Positions 1 through 9,913 are shown, counted from the stretch's first letter. The stretch is 64,000 nucleotides of DNA from Candidatus Hydrogenedentota bacterium (GCA_018005585.1 JAGMZX010000007.1:8559-72558), one strand, 5' to 3'. Program-made: numbers and translations. The notes: generated by a model not told the origin, from the sequence alone.

Positions 1-38
1 ACGACGGGAACGACGCAACCGGCAGGGGAGAGAAGCAC

Positions 39-1559
39 ATGGACCGGCGCAAGTTCTTGAGATGGCTGGGTTCTGGGGCTGTGGCGTTGGGCGCCGCGGA
101 GTGCGCGCGTGTGCCGTGGGCCTACGCGGCGGATTCAGCGCGCCTGGCGTCCGCGGGGGCGCAGGGGAGACCGAACGTTCTCTTCATCGCGGTAGACGAT
201 CTCCGGCCTGAATTGGGTTGCTACGGCAACGCGGTCATCCAGTCGCCGAACATCGACCGGCTCGCGGCGCGGGGCCTCGTGTTTCGTCATGCCTATTGCC
301 AGCAGGCGGTATGTTCGCCGTCCCGTTCGAGCCTCCTGACCGGCACGCGGCCCGACACGACACAGGTCTGGGACCTTGAGACCCATTTCCGGACGGCGCT
401 GCCCGATGTGGTCACGCTGCCGCAGTTGTTCAAGAACGAGGGTTACTTCGTGCAGGGGATGGGAAAAATCTACCACGGCGGCCTGGATGACCCCGCGTCC
501 TGGTCCACGCCATGGACGGCGCCGGGTGTGAAGACCCCGGCGGACGCACGGGCACTGGAACCGGACGAGATGGAGCGCCGCGCCCGGCAGGCGCGGGCCA
601 AACGCCGCAAAGGGGATCGCGGTGTTCCGTTTCAGGCGGTGGACGGTCCGGATAATTCGTTGAACGACGGCGTGCTCGCGGACATGGCCGTGGCCGCGTT
701 GCAGGGGTTGTGCGAGAAGGAACAGCCATTTTTCCTCGCGGTTGGCTTCGTGAAGCCGCATTTGCCCTTCATCTCGCCGAAGAAATACTGGGATCTCTAC
801 GACCCGGAGAAGATCCCGCCCGCCCCGAATCCGTTTCTGCCGAAGGGCGCGCCGCCCTATGCGCTGGCGGAACGCAATGAGTTGTGGAGCTATGACGGAG
901 TGCCGGACACGAGCCTGTTGCCGGACGACTACGCGCGCCAGTTGAAGCACGGCTACTACGCCGCAGTCAGCTTCATGGACGCGCAGGTGGGCCGCGTGCT
1001 GGATGAACTCGAGCGGCTCGGCCTGCAGGATGACACCATCGTCGTGCTGTGGGGCGACCACGGCTGGAAACTGGGCGAACATGGCTGCTGGTGCAAGCAC
1101 AGCAACGTCGAGAACGACACCAACGCGCCGGTGATCCTCTCCGTGCCGGGGATGGCGCACGCAGGCTCGAGCACGGACGCGCTCGTGGAGTTCGTGGATA
1201 TCTACCCGACCCTGGCGGACTTGGCCGGGCTTCCGAAACCCGCGCATCTTGAAGGCGCAAGCGCCGCGCCGCTGCTTGCGGAGCCGGACCGCGAATGGAA
1301 GCGCGCCGCGTTCAGCCAGTATCCGCGCACGCACGAGAAGAAGCGGCTCATGGGCTATTCGATGCGCACGCGCCGCTACCGGTTCACGCGCTGGGTCGAT
1401 CGCGACGACTCCGCCCGGGTCGAGGCCGTGGAGTTATACGACCACGAGACCGACCCGCAGGAAAACGTCAACATCGCGGGCGACCCGAAGAACGCCGCGC
1501 TGGTCGAGGAACTGACGCGGCAGTTGGTGGCGGGCTGGCGCGGGGCGCTGCCTTCTTGA
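39..1559 (+). CDS. Sulfatase (iduronate-2-sulfatase/arylsulfatase family) with Tat-type signal peptide
   Basis: N-terminal RRKFLRWLG twin-arginine signal; sulfatase signature C-S-P-S-R (CQQAVCSPSRSSLLTG) for the formylglycine residue; conserved metal-binding N-terminus (LFIAVDDLRP) and C-terminus (LWGDHGWKLGEHG). Confidence 0.9.
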   Translation: MDRRKFLRWLGSGAVALGAAECARVPWAYAADSARLASAGAQGRPNVLFIAVDDLRPELGCYGNAVIQSPNIDRLAARGLVFRHAYCQQAVCSPSRSSLLTGTRPDTTQVWDLETHFRTALPDVVTLPQLFKNEGYFVQGMGKIYHGGLDDPASWSTPWTAPGVKTPADARALEPDEMERRARQARAKRRKGDRGVPFQAVDGPDNSLNDGVLADMAVAALQGLCEKEQPFFLAVGFVKPHLPFISPKKYWDLYDPEKIPPAPNPFLPKGAPPYALAERNELWSYDGVPDTSLLPDDYARQLKHGYYAAVSFMDAQVGRVLDELERLGLQDDTIVVLWGDHGWKLGEHGCWCKHSNVENDTNAPVILSVPGMAHAGSSTDALVEFVDIYPTLADLAGLPKPAHLEGASAAPLLAEPDREWKRAAFSQYPRTHEKKRLMGYSMRTRRYRFTRWVDRDDSARVEAVELYDHETDPQENVNIAGDPKNAALVEELTRQLVAGWRGALPS

Positions 1560-1573
1560 GGCGGGGCGGAAAC

Positions 1574-2776
1574 TCACCGCGATAGCGACGGGGTGGACAG
1601 GCGCACGTCGCGGCCGTACTGCATCGACCGGCCGAAACGCAGGTAGTCGAATCCGAACCGGGCACGGATGCGGTCCACACTTTCGAGGGCGTGTTCCCAT
1701 TTTTCCACCGTCTTGCGCCCGAACAGACAAAGCTGGTGCTGGTTGTAGCTGAGCGCGGACAGGTTCACGCCGATGAGCCGGACGCGCGCGCGCCGCGCCC
1801 GCGCCTTGGGCGTCAGTTCGCGGATCGCCTCGACGATATCCCGGTCCACGCAGGTGGGCATGGGCAGCATCTTCGCGAAGGTGTGAGTCTCGAAATCGGC
1901 GTAGCGCACCTTGAGTGTGACGCGACGCGTTTCGAACCCATCCTCGCGCAGCGTGTGCGCCGCCCGTTCCGTGAGATACGCGAGCACGCGCCCGATCTCG
2001 TTCCAGTCGAGCAGGTCGCGCTCGAAGGTCGTCTCCCGGCTGATCGATTTCGGCGGCGTGTCTATCTCGACTTCCGCCGAGGCGACGCCGCGCGCCGCCT
2101 GCCGCAGGCCGACCGCCGCGGTCAGGCCGAAGACCCGTTCGAGCACCGGGGCCGGCGCCGCCGCAAGCTGGCCGATGGTCAGGATGCCCAGTCCTTCGAG
2201 CACCTCGCAGGTGCGCGGGCCCGCGCCGGGCAGTTTGCGCACCGGCAGCGGCGCGAGATAGGCCGCCTCGCCGCCCGCGTCCACGCGCACGTAGCCGTCC
2301 GGCTTGCCCTCGCCCGTCGCCACTTTCGCCACCAGCTTGTTCGGCGCGACGGCGATGGTGCAGGGCAGGCCCGTGCGCGCGCGGATGGCCGACTTGAGAT
2401 AGCCCGCGATGGCGTCGTCGCCGCCGAAAAGCCCCTGCGAGCCCGTCACGTCCACGTATGCCTCGTCGATCGACGCCATCTGCACCAGCGGCGACACTGT
2501 CTGTAGCAGCGCGTGCACCTGCCCGGACGCCGCCTCGTAATGCGCGAAATTGCCGTGCATGAAAATCCCGTGGGGGCAGCGCCGCCGCGCCTCTGCCAGC
2601 GGCATCGCCGAGTGGACGCCGTACTGCCGCGCCTCGTACGACGCCGTGCACACCACCCCGCGCGATTCCTGGTCGCCGCCGATAATCAGCGGCTTCCCGC
2701 GCAGGCTCGGGTCGCGCACCTGCTCCACCGACGCGAAGAACGCGTCCATATCGATATGCAGAATCCGATGGTTCAT
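1574..2776 (-). CDS. dinB: DNA polymerase IV (Y-family translesion polymerase)
   Basis: MNHRILHIDMDAFFASVEQ N-terminus and full-length Y-family motifs (IGG, SIDEAYVDVT, CTIAVAPNKLVAK). Confidence 0.9.
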   Translation of the reverse strand: MNHRILHIDMDAFFASVEQVRDPSLRGKPLIIGGDQESRGVVCTASYEARQYGVHSAMPLAEARRRCPHGIFMHGNFAHYEAASGQVHALLQTVSPLVQMASIDEAYVDVTGSQGLFGGDDAIAGYLKSAIRARTGLPCTIAVAPNKLVAKVATGEGKPDGYVRVDAGGEAAYLAPLPVRKLPGAGPRTCEVLEGLGILTIGQLAAAPAPVLERVFGLTAAVGLRQAARGVASAEVEIDTPPKSISRETTFERDLLDWNEIGRVLAYLTERAAHTLREDGFETRRVTLKVRYADFETHTFAKMLPMPTCVDRDIVEAIRELTPKARARRARVRLIGVNLSALSYNQHQLCLFGRKTVEKWEHALESVDRIRARFGFDYLRFGRSMQYGRDVRLSTPSLSR

Positions 2777-2784
2777 GACAGAAT

Positions 2785-2804
2785 TACTGAAAATTTGTAC
2801 AGTT
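2785..2804. promoter_or_regulatory. Candidate LexA/SOS box just upstream of the dinB start
   Basis: tACTGaaaatttgtACAGtt, i.e. CTG-N10-CAG resembling the CTGT-N8-ACAG SOS box; lies in a locally AT-rich stretch about 10 bp upstream of the dinB ATG (minus strand). Confidence 0.35.
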
Positions 2805-3141
2805 AGATTCTAGCGCATCCGCCGCCGGCTGTCAAGGAAGAAAAACGGGGGGGAGAAACCCCGAAAAAGTCAACTGTTCTCGCACGGAGCCGCGGAGGGC
2901 ACAGCGCGTCACGCGCAGGGGGCAACGCGCACCCGCATGGGTGATTGGCCGCGGACACTTCAGGAAACCGTTGCCGCCGGGTTGATGGGCCTTTCCGTAA
3001 CGAATCGGGTTCTGGAGGGTATCATGCGCGACCGGCGGGCTGACCGACCACTTTGGGAAGTCTCTTTATCTCGCTGGCGTTTAATAACTTACGGGCCTGA
3101 TGACGGCTGGGCCGCGGAAGAAACACTAGGGTAAACGCTGC

Positions 3142-4455
3142 ATGAAACGACTTTTGTGTCTGGATGTTCTTCGGGGCGGTTTCATCGTCATGGTAATTGT
3201 CTTCCATGCGTGGGGCCACCTGCTGTTCATTAACGCGACGCTGATTGCGCGGGAGGAGATCAGCCTGTGGGTGATGGTGCTGTTTGCGCCGCTCATTCTG
3301 CTGGGTACGTGGGCGCCGATTTTCGCGCTGATCAGCGGCGCGGCGACGGGTTACGTGCTCTCCAATCTCGAGGAACAACGGCGGGCCGGGCTGAGTTCGC
3401 GCGGCAGCGTGGGCGCGTACGTGCGGGGCACGTACTGGAACAGTCTGATGCTGTTCCTCTGCTCGCTGTTCCACATGGCCGTGCTGCATTTCGCCGTGAA
3501 GTTCAACGGCGAGGTGCGCCATTCGTTCCTGACGGGTTCGATCGAGCGGGGCTACTTCGCGAAGGGCGACGTGGACCTGCTGTTTTTCACGGACGCGGTG
3601 GCGCTTGTGGCCATGGCGGGGATCGTCATTGCCACTACGCTGGGCCTGCTCTGGCGCGGCAAGGGCTACGACCGCACCCGACGGACGTATGTCACGCTGT
3701 CCGTCATGGGCGTGCTCTGGTTTGCCGTCACGCCGGTGTTGCACGGGCTCTTCGACGGGGCGTTTTTCAGCGCGGTCACGGACCGGCGGCTGGTCCCCGC
3801 CATCCTGCTCAAGCTCCTTGTCGGTCCGCCGCACAGCACGTTCCCGAACGCGGGTTTTGCCCTGTTCGGCGCGGTGCTGGGTATCGCGGTTGCCCGGCAT
3901 GAGGACTGGCGTTTCGTGCGCAACTACGGCTTGGGTTTCGGCGGCCTCTCCCTGGCGGCGGGGTTGTTGATCCTGGCTGTTTCGGGGGTGCCGCTGGGGC
4001 CTGAGCGCGTCGGCACGGCCCTGCCGGTTCAATTACACATGGTGAACCTGGGCCTGATGCTGCTGCTGGCGGTGTATTGCATAAAGAAGTTCGAATACCA
4101 GGACACCCTGCGCCGTTTCGACTTAGCTCGGCACACCACGGGTATTCGCCGGTTCGGCTTGATGGCCATGAGCATCTACATCTGCGAAAGCCTGCTGTGC
4201 GTGCTGAACATGAAGTGGTTCCTGCCGCTGTTCGAGGGCGGCCCGCTCGCGTGGCGCTACGTCGGCCTGTTCTCGTTCGCCGGGATGCAAGTCCTGCTCT
4301 GGTACGGCATCCTGCTCTTGTGGGAAAGGGTCAATTTCAAGTACAGCATCGAGTGGTGGGTGGTCACGATTGTGGGATGGCTGCGCGGCCGCCGCTCGAC
4401 GCGGCTCGAAGTGCAGGAAGTGCTCTATCACCCGGTACGCCTGGCGGACCAATGA
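3142..4455 (+). CDS. Polytopic membrane acyltransferase-like protein (DUF1624 / heparan-alpha-glucosaminide N-acetyltransferase-like)
   Basis: Begins MKRLLCLDVLRGGFIVMVIVFHAW (LDxLRG...H motif typical of acyltransferase_3/HGSNAT-like proteins); about 10 predicted TM helices across 437 aa. Confidence 0.55.
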   Translation: MKRLLCLDVLRGGFIVMVIVFHAWGHLLFINATLIAREEISLWVMVLFAPLILLGTWAPIFALISGAATGYVLSNLEEQRRAGLSSRGSVGAYVRGTYWNSLMLFLCSLFHMAVLHFAVKFNGEVRHSFLTGSIERGYFAKGDVDLLFFTDAVALVAMAGIVIATTLGLLWRGKGYDRTRRTYVTLSVMGVLWFAVTPVLHGLFDGAFFSAVTDRRLVPAILLKLLVGPPHSTFPNAGFALFGAVLGIAVARHEDWRFVRNYGLGFGGLSLAAGLLILAVSGVPLGPERVGTALPVQLHMVNLGLMLLLAVYCIKKFEYQDTLRRFDLARHTTGIRRFGLMAMSIYICESLLCVLNMKWFLPLFEGGPLAWRYVGLFSFAGMQVLLWYGILLLWERVNFKYSIEWWVVTIVGWLRGRRSTRLEVQEVLYHPVRLADQ

Positions 4456-4533
4456 GATTGGCGCGGCCAGCATCCGAAGGAAGGCGGCCGCGCCGGTTGT
4501 TTTCGCCGCTTGGCTTCGCGGCGTCTTGTTCGC

Positions 4534-4665
4534 TTACTTGTCGCCCATTGCAGCCGAGATCATAAACGCCAGGATGGTGAAGTAGAGCTGGAAAAACATG
4601 ACCTCCGCTCCGTCGCTATCCTTGGCCTGGGCCTGCTGCAGGGTAACGCGCTTCAGGTGTTTCAT
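4534..4665 (-). CDS. Small (43 aa) membrane peptide, unannotatable
   Basis: My own reading of the minus strand: ATG preceded by AAGGAGG at 5-nt spacing; translation MKHLKRVTLQQAQAKDSDGAEVMFFQLYFTILAFMISAAMGDK has one C-terminal TM helix; sits immediately downstream of the TlpA-like gene; too short for the supplied ORF track. Confidence 0.35.
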   Translation of the reverse strand: MKHLKRVTLQQAQAKDSDGAEVMFFQLYFTILAFMISAAMGDK

Positions 4666-4759
4666 GTGGGCCTCCTTTCCCAAGTGGTTCACCTTTCATC
4701 CTACAAGACGAAACGCCGAGTGTTTCATTCATTCTCCTTCGGCGGAACCCGGCGCGCGC

Positions 4760-5716
4760 CTACGGAATGGCCCCCATGGCGAGTTCGCCGGTATTGGCCA
4801 CCGGAAGCGTCGGCTCGACCGGCGTCGCCGGAACCATGGGGGCGGGTTGCGCCGCGCCCGAAAGCGCCTCCAGAAACGCCTGCGTGCCGCCGCCGTCCCA
4901 TGCGACCGGCCCCACATGGTGCAGGGCGATGGCCCCGTCGGGCGCCACGAGGAACGTGGTCGGGATGCTGCTTACCGCGAAGGGGAACGGCAGGTCGTCC
5001 TTGCTGAGGTAGCAGGGGAACGTATAGCCGTTTTCCGTCATGAACTGCTTGACCTGTTCCGGTTCTTCACTGGAAATCAGGAGCACGGAGATCCCCGGCT
5101 TGTCCTTGACGGCGTCATGCATCCGCTGGATATTCGGCAGTTCGGCCCGGCACGGCGGGCACCAGGTAGCCCAGAAATTGAGGAACAGGGCGTTGCCCTT
5201 GAACGAGGCAATCGGAATCTCGTTCCCTTCGAGGTCCTTGACGGCCCACGCGAAGGGGTCCTGTTGCGCCAGCGGCAGTTGCGGAAACGCCAGTTCGCTG
5301 TCCGGCGGCAGGGCGCGCGGCTTGGGACCCTCGACCAGTTGCCGGACCGCGGCGGCCCAGTCGGTTTCGAGGATATCGGCCCAGGGCGTTTCGAAGGTCA
5401 GGAGCAAGGCGGCAAAAACGATGCCCTGAAGCGAGAACACGCGCGCGAGCGCGGGCAGGCCGGGGAAGCGGCGGAACCTGTCGGGGTTCCGCGAGGACCT
5501 CTGGAATGCGCGCATCGTGCAGAAGAGGATCGCTGGAAGGAACAGGACGGTCATGGCGACGAGCAGGCTCAGGGGCACGTACAGCGGCCCGAAGACGAGG
5601 TAGGCGTTCAAGCCGGCGCCGCGCCCGAACAGGGCCAGCAGCGCCCACGCCAAGGCTACGTAGAGACCCAGGAGAGCGGCAATCAGCGAATGGTACAGCG
5701 TAACGATCTTTCTCAT
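4760..5716 (-). CDS. TlpA/ResA-family thiol:disulfide oxidoreductase with N-terminal membrane region
   Basis: Thioredoxin-fold WCPPC active site (FLNFWATWCPPCRAELP); start placed at MRKIVTLYHS (ATG at 5714-5716, minus strand), not the artefactual long ORF 4760..6988; two or three N-terminal TM helices. Confidence 0.8.
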   Translation of the reverse strand: MRKIVTLYHSLIAALLGLYVALAWALLALFGRGAGLNAYLVFGPLYVPLSLLVAMTVLFLPAILFCTMRAFQRSSRNPDRFRRFPGLPALARVFSLQGIVFAALLLTFETPWADILETDWAAAVRQLVEGPKPRALPPDSELAFPQLPLAQQDPFAWAVKDLEGNEIPIASFKGNALFLNFWATWCPPCRAELPNIQRMHDAVKDKPGISVLLISSEEPEQVKQFMTENGYTFPCYLSKDDLPFPFAVSSIPTTFLVAPDGAIALHHVGPVAWDGGGTQAFLEALSGAAQPAPMVPATPVEPTLPVANTGELAMGAIP

Positions 5717-5912
5717 GGCCAAAATCCCCTTCACACCTGTTGCGTCGAGGCTGCGATGCGCACGTCTCCCCGAACTCACAGGAGCATAGCGGAATCGTTC
5801 AGGGCGTACAAGGCGGGGCGCGGGAACAGAGTTGCCGTCCCGAGGTGTTGCGGCGTAAGCTCGTGCCGCCGCGCCGCTGCCCGATTGAGGCGGCCGCAGG
5901 CCACCTCCGGAA

Positions 5913-7427
5913 ATGATAATTGAAAGAAGACGTGACATGTTGCGTTGGATACGGCCCAAGGAGGCTTTGTCGGAGCAGGACGTAGACAAGGGCCTGCGCA
6001 TGCTGCTCGGCGACGCGATGGCGTCGCAGACGATGGCGGTGCTCACCGTCGGTCCCTTCATGATGGCCTTTGCCGTGCTTCTGGACGCGCCGAACGTTGT
6101 CCTTGGCCTCATTGGCTCGATTGGACCCCTCTCGCAGATACTGCAGCTGCCCGCGGTCTTTCTCGTCGAGCACGTGAAAATGCGCAAGCTGCTCACCGTG
6201 GGCGCGGCCTTCGTCAGCCGCCTCGGCTGGTTCGTAATTGCGAGCATTCCCTTCTGGACGCCCCCGGAACACCGGATTGCCGTTTTCATGGGCGCGCTCC
6301 TGCTCTTCTTCGGCATGAACGCCGTGGCCAGTTGCGCCTTCTCGTCGTGGAGCCGCGACCTCATCCCCGAGGCGGTGCTGAACACCTTCTTCAGCAAGCG
6401 GATGATGTGGGCGACGATGTTCGGCGCGGCGGTCAGCCTGGCCGGCGCGCTGAGCATCGACATGCTCAGCGAGGCGCTGAACAGCAAGACGCAGGCGTAC
6501 GGCGTGGTGTTTTTTTGCGGCGCATTGGCGGGGTTCAGCGGCCTGTTCTTCCTCGGGCGCGTGCCGGAGCCGCGCATGCACGTGCACGTCGAGCACAACG
6601 CGCTGCGCGTGCTGTCCGAGCCGTTGCACGACAAGAACTTCCGCGCGTTGACCTTCTTCCTCGCCGCGTGGACCTTCGCGATGAACCTGTGCGGTCCTTT
6701 CTTCACGGCGTATATGCTGCGCAGGCAGGGCCTGACCATCACGTGGATCCTCGGCTTTTCCGTGCTCAGCCAGTTCATGAACGTGATCTGCTTCCCCATC
6801 TGGGGGCGGCTGGCGGACCGGTTCAGCAACAAGTCGGTGCTCGCGGTGACGGGGCCCGTGTTCGTGCTGGCGCTGCTGTTGTGGCCGATTACGTCGCTCG
6901 GCAATTTCTGGGTCACCATCGTGGTCATGACCGCGTTCCACGTGATCACGGGCATTTCGGGCGCGGGCATTATGCTTGCGGCGAACAACCTGACCTACAA
7001 GACCGCGCCGAAGGGCAAGGCCACGGCCTATATGGCCATGAACATCCTGGCGCAGGGCGTGGCGGCGACCGTCGCGCCGATCATCGCGGGCCTCGTGGCC
7101 GACCGCCTCGAAACCTGGAGCATCGTGGTCAGCGTGCAGAGCATCTACAGCGGCGGCGGCGCGCCCGTCGCGTTCGGGCCGCCCCCGCTCAACCTGCACG
7201 GACTCGACTTCCTCTTCCTGCTGGCCTTCATCTTCGGCCTCTACGCCTTGCACCGGCTCCTGGCCGTCCGCGAAGAGGGGGAAGTGCCGGAAGAAATGGT
7301 GCGCGCCGAGTTTTTCGCGGAACTTGAACGGCGCATGCGCCAGGTCTCGACCTTGCCGAGCATCCGCATCTTCACCACCGTCGCCATCACGAGCGTGGGC
7401 CGCGTCCTGGGCCGCAAAGAGGCCTGA
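5913..7427 (+). CDS. MFS transporter
   Basis: About 12 predicted TM helices across 504 aa, typical MFS length and hydropathy; alternative ATG at 5937. Confidence 0.75.
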   Translation: MIIERRRDMLRWIRPKEALSEQDVDKGLRMLLGDAMASQTMAVLTVGPFMMAFAVLLDAPNVVLGLIGSIGPLSQILQLPAVFLVEHVKMRKLLTVGAAFVSRLGWFVIASIPFWTPPEHRIAVFMGALLLFFGMNAVASCAFSSWSRDLIPEAVLNTFFSKRMMWATMFGAAVSLAGALSIDMLSEALNSKTQAYGVVFFCGALAGFSGLFFLGRVPEPRMHVHVEHNALRVLSEPLHDKNFRALTFFLAAWTFAMNLCGPFFTAYMLRRQGLTITWILGFSVLSQFMNVICFPIWGRLADRFSNKSVLAVTGPVFVLALLLWPITSLGNFWVTIVVMTAFHVITGISGAGIMLAANNLTYKTAPKGKATAYMAMNILAQGVAATVAPIIAGLVADRLETWSIVVSVQSIYSGGGAPVAFGPPPLNLHGLDFLFLLAFIFGLYALHRLLAVREEGEVPEEMVRAEFFAELERRMRQVSTLPSIRIFTTVAITSVGRVLGRKEA

Positions 7428-7477
7428 ACCGCGGCGAGGGGGGGGAAGAAAGGCGCGGCGGGATGCGTTAAGATGTC

Positions 7478-8218
7478 ATGCAGAGGCTTATGCATCCCCG
7501 TATCCCGATTCGAAATTCCCGGCAAGAGTACCGCGGCTTTACGCTTGTCGAGTTGCTGGTTGTGATCGCCATCGCCGGCGTTCTGGCGGCGTTGCTGCTT
7601 CCGGCGCTGTCGCGCGCGCGGGAAGGCGCGAAACGCTCGTCCTGCGCGAACAATCTCCGGCAGATCGGCATTGCGTTCGAGTGCTATCTGCTCGAGCACG
7701 ACGGGACGTATCCCTCCTGGCAGGACTTGCCGCTGAGCCAGCCGCCGGGATATTGGCTTTGGATGGGGCGCGGCTGGCGGCAGTTGCTTACGCCGTACAT
7801 CCCGGGCGACAAGGAGACGCCGGGCGTGTTCTATTGTCCCTCGGACTCGCGCGAGCGCAGCATTGACGTGTTCGAGCGCACGTCCTATGCGTATTCAATG
7901 GCGTTCTATCATTCGCCGGAGCAGATCGACAGCTTGGACGACATGTCGGACAACTACACGAACCCGCTTCCGGCCCTGCCGCAGCGTCAGGCCATGGTGG
8001 CCAACCCGTCGCGCAAGATTCTGGTGGGCGAGTGGTTCTCGAACCATTCCGCGTGGGGCAACGACGCGGGCTGGTTCGGCACGGGCGGGAAACGGCTGCA
8101 CCTGTTTGCGGACTACCACGTCGAGTACCTGGACTGGCAGGAGATCCGGCTGGGCAACGACGGGCTGCCGAATCCGAATCTGACCATCAACGGCATCCGG
8201 GGCTGCGATACCAGGTAG
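7478..8218 (+). CDS. Prepilin-type N-terminal cleavage/methylation protein, DUF1559 (H-X9-DG) family
   Basis: Class III signal [25 protein letters not shown]; C-terminal [10 protein letters not shown]...DG-type motif characteristic of the large PVC-superphylum pseudopilin-like family. Confidence 0.8.
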   Translation: MQRLMHPRIPIRNSRQEYRGFTLVELLVVIAIAGVLAALLLPALSRAREGAKRSSCANNLRQIGIAFECYLLEHDGTYPSWQDLPLSQPPGYWLWMGRGWRQLLTPYIPGDKETPGVFYCPSDSRERSIDVFERTSYAYSMAFYHSPEQIDSLDDMSDNYTNPLPALPQRQAMVANPSRKILVGEWFSNHSAWGNDAGWFGTGGKRLHLFADYHVEYLDWQEIRLGNDGLPNPNLTINGIRGCDTR

Positions 8219-8226
8219 GGGCGTGG

Positions 8227-9654
8227 TTACTGCGCGTGTTTCTTGTGCGCGGCGGCCACGCGCCAGATGAGCAGCGCCATGAGCGCCACGAACGCGACGC
8301 TCAGAATAAGCCCGAGTTGATTGGTGCGGTCAATGGCGGCCTGCTGCTGACAGGTGGTCACGAACTCGGAAACGGCGGCCTGGACGCCGCGCGCGAAGGG
8401 GCCGGCCTGGAGCATCGCGGAGGCTTCCGACGCGGCATGCGCGACATGGGCCGGCAAGGACTCGTCGAGCCGCAGGAACCAGCCGATAACCTCTTCCTGG
8501 ACGACGGGGCCGATGCTGGCGATGCCGTTTACGATACCGGCAAGCGCGACGCCGTTGCGCTCGCCCGCGACCGCGACCGACGCGGCACCGCAGAGGATGG
8601 TGTCGGGGCCGTACATCATGAACCCGACGAGCCCGAAACTGATGGCGAGCGCGTAGGGATTGCCCCCGAACTGGGTCACGACGTAGTAGCCGCCGACCAT
8701 GCCGAGGCCCAGGAAGAAGCAGAGCGCCGCCCAGTTCCCCCGGAAGAGGCGGTCGAGCGCCCAGCCTGCCATTATCGCGCCGGCCAGCCCGGCGAAATCG
8801 AAAAGCTGCGAATAGTAGGCCGCGCTGCCCACGTCCATGCCCTGCAGGTCGAGAAAAGTCGGCAGCCACGAGTCAAGCGCATAGCGGAGAAACTTGATGA
8901 AGAAGTAGCTCAGTCCCATCAAGGGCACGACGGGATTCAGCAGCAGGCGCAGATACTCGCGGAACGTCACCTGCTCCGCGTTCGAGGCCTGGACCGCGCG
9001 CGACTCGGCGGATGCCTCGTCGAGGATGGGGTCGAGCCCGGCGTCTTCCGGTTTGTCGCGCTGCCATGCGTAGACCAGCCACCAGATAACGAAAGCGATG
9101 AGGGACGTGCCGAAAAAGGCAAAGCGCCAGCCCATATTGGCGAGCAGGAACCCGCCCGCCGACTTTACCATGATGTTGCCGACCAGGTAGCTGGTCGACC
9201 ACACGCCCATGATCGAGCCGCGCTCGCGCGGGCGCAGCCATTGCGCCACGCCGCCGACGACGCCCGGCCAGCCGGTGGCCTGAAGCAGTCCGTTGAAGAT
9301 CATGAACTCCATGAACGTCCAGTACGAGTCGGCGAAACCGAAATGGAGATTGATGAGGATGGTGCCGCCAAACCCGGCGAGGAGGATCGCCCGCGGCCCG
9401 TATTTGCGCCCGAGGAAGCTGTTTAGAAACTGGCCTACCATGTAGGCCACGAGGTAGGCGGTCCAGATGTGCGCGACTTGGTCCAGGCCTATGTCGAATT
9501 CGGAAGCCAGCGTCGTCTTGCAGATGGTGAAGACCTTGCGCGTCAGGTAATAACCCGCATAGGCGAGATATGTCGCGATGAGCACGCGCCAGCGCCAGAG
9601 GCGCTGATCGCGCGTTAGGGAACTGGAATCGCTGCCGCTCGAGCCTGTTGTCAT
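8227..9654 (-). CDS. MFS transporter, organophosphate:Pi antiporter (GlpT/UhpC)-like
   Basis: Motifs like GlpT/UhpT (YLTRKVF, GRKYGPRA, WRFAFF); start placed at MTTGSSG (ATG 9652-9654, minus strand) rather than the upstream extension. Confidence 0.75.
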   Translation of the reverse strand: MTTGSSGSDSSSLTRDQRLWRWRVLIATYLAYAGYYLTRKVFTICKTTLASEFDIGLDQVAHIWTAYLVAYMVGQFLNSFLGRKYGPRAILLAGFGGTILINLHFGFADSYWTFMEFMIFNGLLQATGWPGVVGGVAQWLRPRERGSIMGVWSTSYLVGNIMVKSAGGFLLANMGWRFAFFGTSLIAFVIWWLVYAWQRDKPEDAGLDPILDEASAESRAVQASNAEQVTFREYLRLLLNPVVPLMGLSYFFIKFLRYALDSWLPTFLDLQGMDVGSAAYYSQLFDFAGLAGAIMAGWALDRLFRGNWAALCFFLGLGMVGGYYVVTQFGGNPYALAISFGLVGFMMYGPDTILCGAASVAVAGERNGVALAGIVNGIASIGPVVQEEVIGWFLRLDESLPAHVAHAASEASAMLQAGPFARGVQAAVSEFVTTCQQQAAIDRTNQLGLILSVAFVALMALLIWRVAAAHKKHAQ

Positions 9655-9913
9655 GGAACCTTTCCGCTGAAAGTCCTGCTGCCGGAACGCGTCGCGGCGA
9701 ACGCCGGCACGCGCCGGAGAGAGCATAACACTACGGTAACGCCAAAGTCCCGCTGCAAGTGGTTATACGTGACGACAGGCTTTCCTTGTTCGCAGTCCAA
9801 GCCTCAGATTGCGGGTTTTCGAGGCAACCTGAAGGTTGAAACAGGAACAAACGGCATCGATTATGGGTCGTGTATGGAAGAGCGGATTTGTTCCGAATTC
9901 CCGGAGACCCGAG

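Noticed and set aside
135-1334. 399-aa ORF on the minus strand overlapping the sulfatase gene
   Set aside because: Antisense to a well-supported sulfatase CDS; Arg/Ala/Pro-rich composition typical of wrong-frame translation in high-GC DNA.
1434-2651. 405-aa minus-strand ORF and 271-aa plus-strand ORF (1691..2506) overlapping dinB
   Set aside because: Alternate-frame or antisense artefacts; only frame 1574..2776 gives a coherent Y-family polymerase.
2937-3134. 65-aa ORF in the dinB/acyltransferase intergenic region
   Set aside because: No RBS, no recognisable features; the region more likely holds divergent promoters.
4598-6988. Long ORFs 4598..5923 (+), 4760..6988 (-), 5799..7253 (-) and 5945..7327 (+)
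   Set aside because: The 742-aa minus ORF is real only from 4760 to 5716 (TlpA-like protein); its upstream extension and the others are antisense or alternate frames of the MFS gene 5913..7427, with low-complexity R/G/A-rich translations.
8032-9426. 464-aa plus-strand ORF antisense to the GlpT-like MFS gene
   Set aside because: No domain-like features; overlaps a convincing transporter CDS on the opposite strand.
9655-9913. Possible tRNA-like T-arm (ggatttgttccgaattcc) in the acr3/MFS intergenic region
   Set aside because: Does not match the T-loop consensus (TTCRANN) and no acceptor, anticodon or D arms can be built; not a tRNA.
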